Below are positions 60,910-64,000 of a stretch of 64,000 bases of DNA, one piece after another; within the stretch, counting starts at the first letter, position 1, and the number at the start of each line of letters is the position of its first letter. The DNA lies in NCBI GenBank assembly GCA_951406725.2, contig OX597840.1, positions 14,322,001 to 14,386,000 on the forward strand, read 5' to 3'. A program made the translations under genes and the position numbers. The DNA comes from Octopus vulgaris. Lineage: Eukaryota. A model generated the notes under the pieces. It was not told the origin of the DNA. It saw only the letters and a program-made list of their open reading frames with translations, and did not search any database.

Positions 60910-62875
60910 TTAAGATGTGCTGCAAGAACTGGCATCTGTCACAGGACTCAATTAGTAAATTACTTAGGTGGTTGCATCGATGAAACCCAATGCAATCCTT
61001 GCAGAGTTTCTCAAGCCAGCGTATATCCTCAGGTGTGGAAGCAAAGATTTGAAAGCAGTAGGAGACTGGTGTTGCTGCTTTGTAGAATTGGTTTGGTGTT
61101 GACAAGATTTTCTTTGAAACTCTTGGTAGATTGAAGAAACAGTGTGACTATCTTGTGGTAGATTGGTGTAATATAGATGATACACTTTGCTTTGTTTGTT
61201 TTTGTAGTTTTAACAATGAATATGATACCAGGAGGAAAAAGACACTAATAAAATGTACAGATCATCAGAATGTTAAGTTTGTATGTTGATGGAATCGAAT
61301 TGAAAACCAATGTTTATTATTTTTAAACCTTAAACGTTGCCAAATAGGAAATTCCTTTCAGGTATTTTTGTTTGCATGAGAAAGGTTGAATGAATGAAAA
61401 GTATGGAATAAAGTGTTGAGGGGTTTAAGAAAAGAACAGGTGTTTATTAAAATCCAGCTTTACAAATAAATTTTAAGAAGCAGCAGGAATGTAACTCCAG
61501 GGGAATTAACGTCTGTGCTTCATCCTTTTCATGAAATTCTAAATGTATTTTTGAAAGACAATAATTGTTTAGAGTGGTTGATGAAGAAAAGTTATTCATG
61601 AAAAATAGTGATGTGCATGCCTTGCTACTAGAAGTGTTGTATGCGATTTTGTGATAAAGTTTTGGGGACAATGTTTATGAAGACACTTGGAAAATCATAC
61701 AAAAAGAAGTATTGAATTTCTCAAATGAATAAAAAGGAAAGCAATTGGGTGGGGACAGGAAAAGGAATAGAAGGTGGTGGGGTAGGGAAGATTTGAAACA
61801 AGGGGTAAAACTTCCAGTAGTCCATATCTATAAGCTGATTTCTTCTTACTAGATGATAAAAGAGTGTTTACAGCAAGATTTTGATGGATTTGATAATTTA
61901 ATCATATTTGTTTTGGGAAGTTTTGACTGATGACTGTTGCTGCTGCCACCTACAGTTGCTTTTGGAGTAAAAGAGGGAGAGAGAGAGAGAGAGAGAGAGT
62001 TTTTTACTGAGAGATAGAAGAGGGGGTGAAGATTCCATTTAAGGGGAGAGAAACACTTAAGGGTTTATAAAATATTTTGTTTTTTAATTATTATGAGAGG
62101 CTTTTTTTATTCTTTTGAGTGAGAGAGCATATTAAATAATATTTCCATATAATCTAATTTATTTATATTTTTTAGTTGTCCTAGCAGTTGTTGATAGCAC
62201 CATTTCACCCTTATGAGCTCCTTGGTACACCATAACTTGAGGCCATTAAATTTGTTAGTCTATATTAATTTTAAACCTTTAGGAATTGTATATGATCGAT
62301 TTTCTTCTCTTTAAATCCATTTTATTATCAATAGTGTATAACTTTTAGGCATAATGAACCTTTCGGTTAAAATTGATAAAATATTTATGAGTTGAAGTTT
62401 TAAAACTCCTGTATCTTATCTCAGATTTTAATTGATAATAAATCATCGGTAACGATCAAACAGTATTCAGTTGAAGAGACATACCAAAATGTACAAGAAT
62501 AATATCAGCATGTCTATAGTCTATACAGAAATGTAATGATTTATCTCTAAATTGGCTTTATTACCATAATATATAGAATTGGTCAGAGTTTCCTGAGGTC
62601 AGAACATTGATTCAGCAGCCACATACAAAGCATGCAAATGTTGGCCATTAACTGAATGGTGTGCTGAATGTTTGTATTATTATTATTCTTATCTGTGGCA
62701 TACTTAAGCCATAAATATTTATATTGCCATGATTTTCATGTTGTGCTATCATGAAATTGTGCAGAAGACACGCAAACTGTAATTGTCTGATTGGTCACAG
62801 TGGTTCTGGTCAGTAGCATTCCGGTCACTGTTTACAGTTGGTGTGTCAGCTGGCTGAAACTGATCGTGGTTTTAT

Positions 62876-62915
<40 letters not shown>

Positions 62916-63111
62916 AATCCCAAAAAGAACAAACACAAAAAACACAACTTAAGGATGTGGTACATGTAATGTATTAGCAGACACTCAGAGAATGAAAGAA
63001 AGATGGTTTTATATATATATATATATATATATCTGTGTACATGCACACACACACACACACACACATGCATACACAATAGGCCAAATGTCACATGCCAAAG
63101 CATTTGACATT

Positions 63112-63410
63112 TCTATATATATAAAACTGAGAATCTGTGTGTGTCTGTGTGCATGTGTGTGTCTGTGTGTGTGCATCACTAAAACTCGAGAACTACTCAA
63201 TCGATTTCATTCAAATTTTACACCTACACTACTTATGGTCCATGGAGTTTCATGGGCCAAAAAAAGCTTTCAATTTCTTGCCTAATACGAGCCCAGAGCA
63301 ATCTCTTAGATTGTTTCAGTTTTATGTGACAAGAGTAATGCAAGATAATAGTTTCACTGTTAGTAGTTTCACTATGCATATAACTTATACATAGCAAAAC
63401 TATTATCTCA
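63112..63410 (+). mobile_element. Helitron-like non-autonomous element, 5' portion
   Basis: Starts TCtatatatataaaa, then a (TG/TCTG) tract and aactcgagaactactcaatcgatttcattcaaattt; no CTAG 3' end found. Confidence 0.5.
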
Positions 63411-63458
63411 CATTACATGTCTACATACATATATATATATATATATATAGACATATAT

Positions 63459-64000
63459 ATCATCATCATCATCATTTAGCGTCCGCTTTCCATGCTAGCA
63501 TGGGTTGGACAGTTCAACTGGGGTCTGGAAAGCCAGAAGGCTGCACCAGGCCCAGTCTGATCTGGCAATGTTTCTATGGCTGGATGCCCTTCCTAACGCC
63601 AACCACTCCGTGAGTGTAGTGGGTGCTTTTTACGTGCCAGACGGGGCTGGCAAACGGCCACGGTCGGATGGTGCTCTTTATGTGCCACTGGTACGGGGGC
63701 GAGGCGAGGCTGGCAACGGCCACAATTGGATGGTGGTTTTTACCTGCCACCTGCACAGAGGCCAGTCGGGGTGGCGCTGGCAACGGCCACAGTCGGATGG
63801 TGCTTTTTATGTGCCAGGCGAGGCTGGCAATATATATATATATATATATATATATTTACATACTTACTTATATATATATAAATATATACTTATATATGTA
63901 TGCATGTGTAAAAAGATTCGAGCGAGGTCATTGCCAGTTCTGCCTGACTGGCCCCCATGCCGGTGGCATGTAAAACGTACCCACTACACTCTTGGAGTGG
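63459..64000 (-). mobile_element. SINE-like family D, young copy with internal duplications; further D sequence runs to the window end
   Basis: catcatcatttagcgtccgctttccatgctagcatggg...ggctggatgcccttcctaacgcc; ctggcaa(a)cggccac occurs three times. Confidence 0.8.

Noticed and set aside
60896-61185. Two overlapping minus-strand ORFs in unique sequence
   Set aside because: No recognisable homology or clear acceptor; a UTR exon is possible but unsupported

Overview
AT-rich eukaryotic genomic DNA made mostly of microsatellites ((TA)n, (CA)n, (TATG)n, (TTC)n, (CAT)n) and interspersed repeats. The repeat families and their density resemble an octopus (coleoid cephalopod) genome; this assignment comes from recognition and was not tested by a search. 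No intact host protein-coding gene is recognisable, and nearly all listed ORFs are translations of microsatellites or SINEs. Supported content: about 40 copies of four SINE-like families (called A-D here); a full-length but frameshifted mariner; piggyBac-, hAT-, pogo- and Tc1-type MITEs; two Helitron-like ends; decayed RTE, R4/Dong-like and CR1-group LINE fragments; and many Penelope-like element (PLE) terminal-repeat relics. The PLE relics carry about ten different hammerhead-ribozyme-like motifs. Most are minimal type I motifs with a palindromic stem III, and several lie inside 300-450 bp fold-backs. The most unusual signal is a repeat family (three copies, at 18.4-18.8 kb and 57.4-57.5 kb) whose hammerhead core strands occur in a non-circularly permuted order, with apparent covariation between copies. 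Other notable items are a multi-level nested insertion with intact target-site duplications (48-49.4 kb), a 134-bp identical tract between two inverted SINEs (10.1-10.7 kb), and weak candidate exons and promoters at 30-38 kb. SINE boundaries are approximate (about +/-20 bp).
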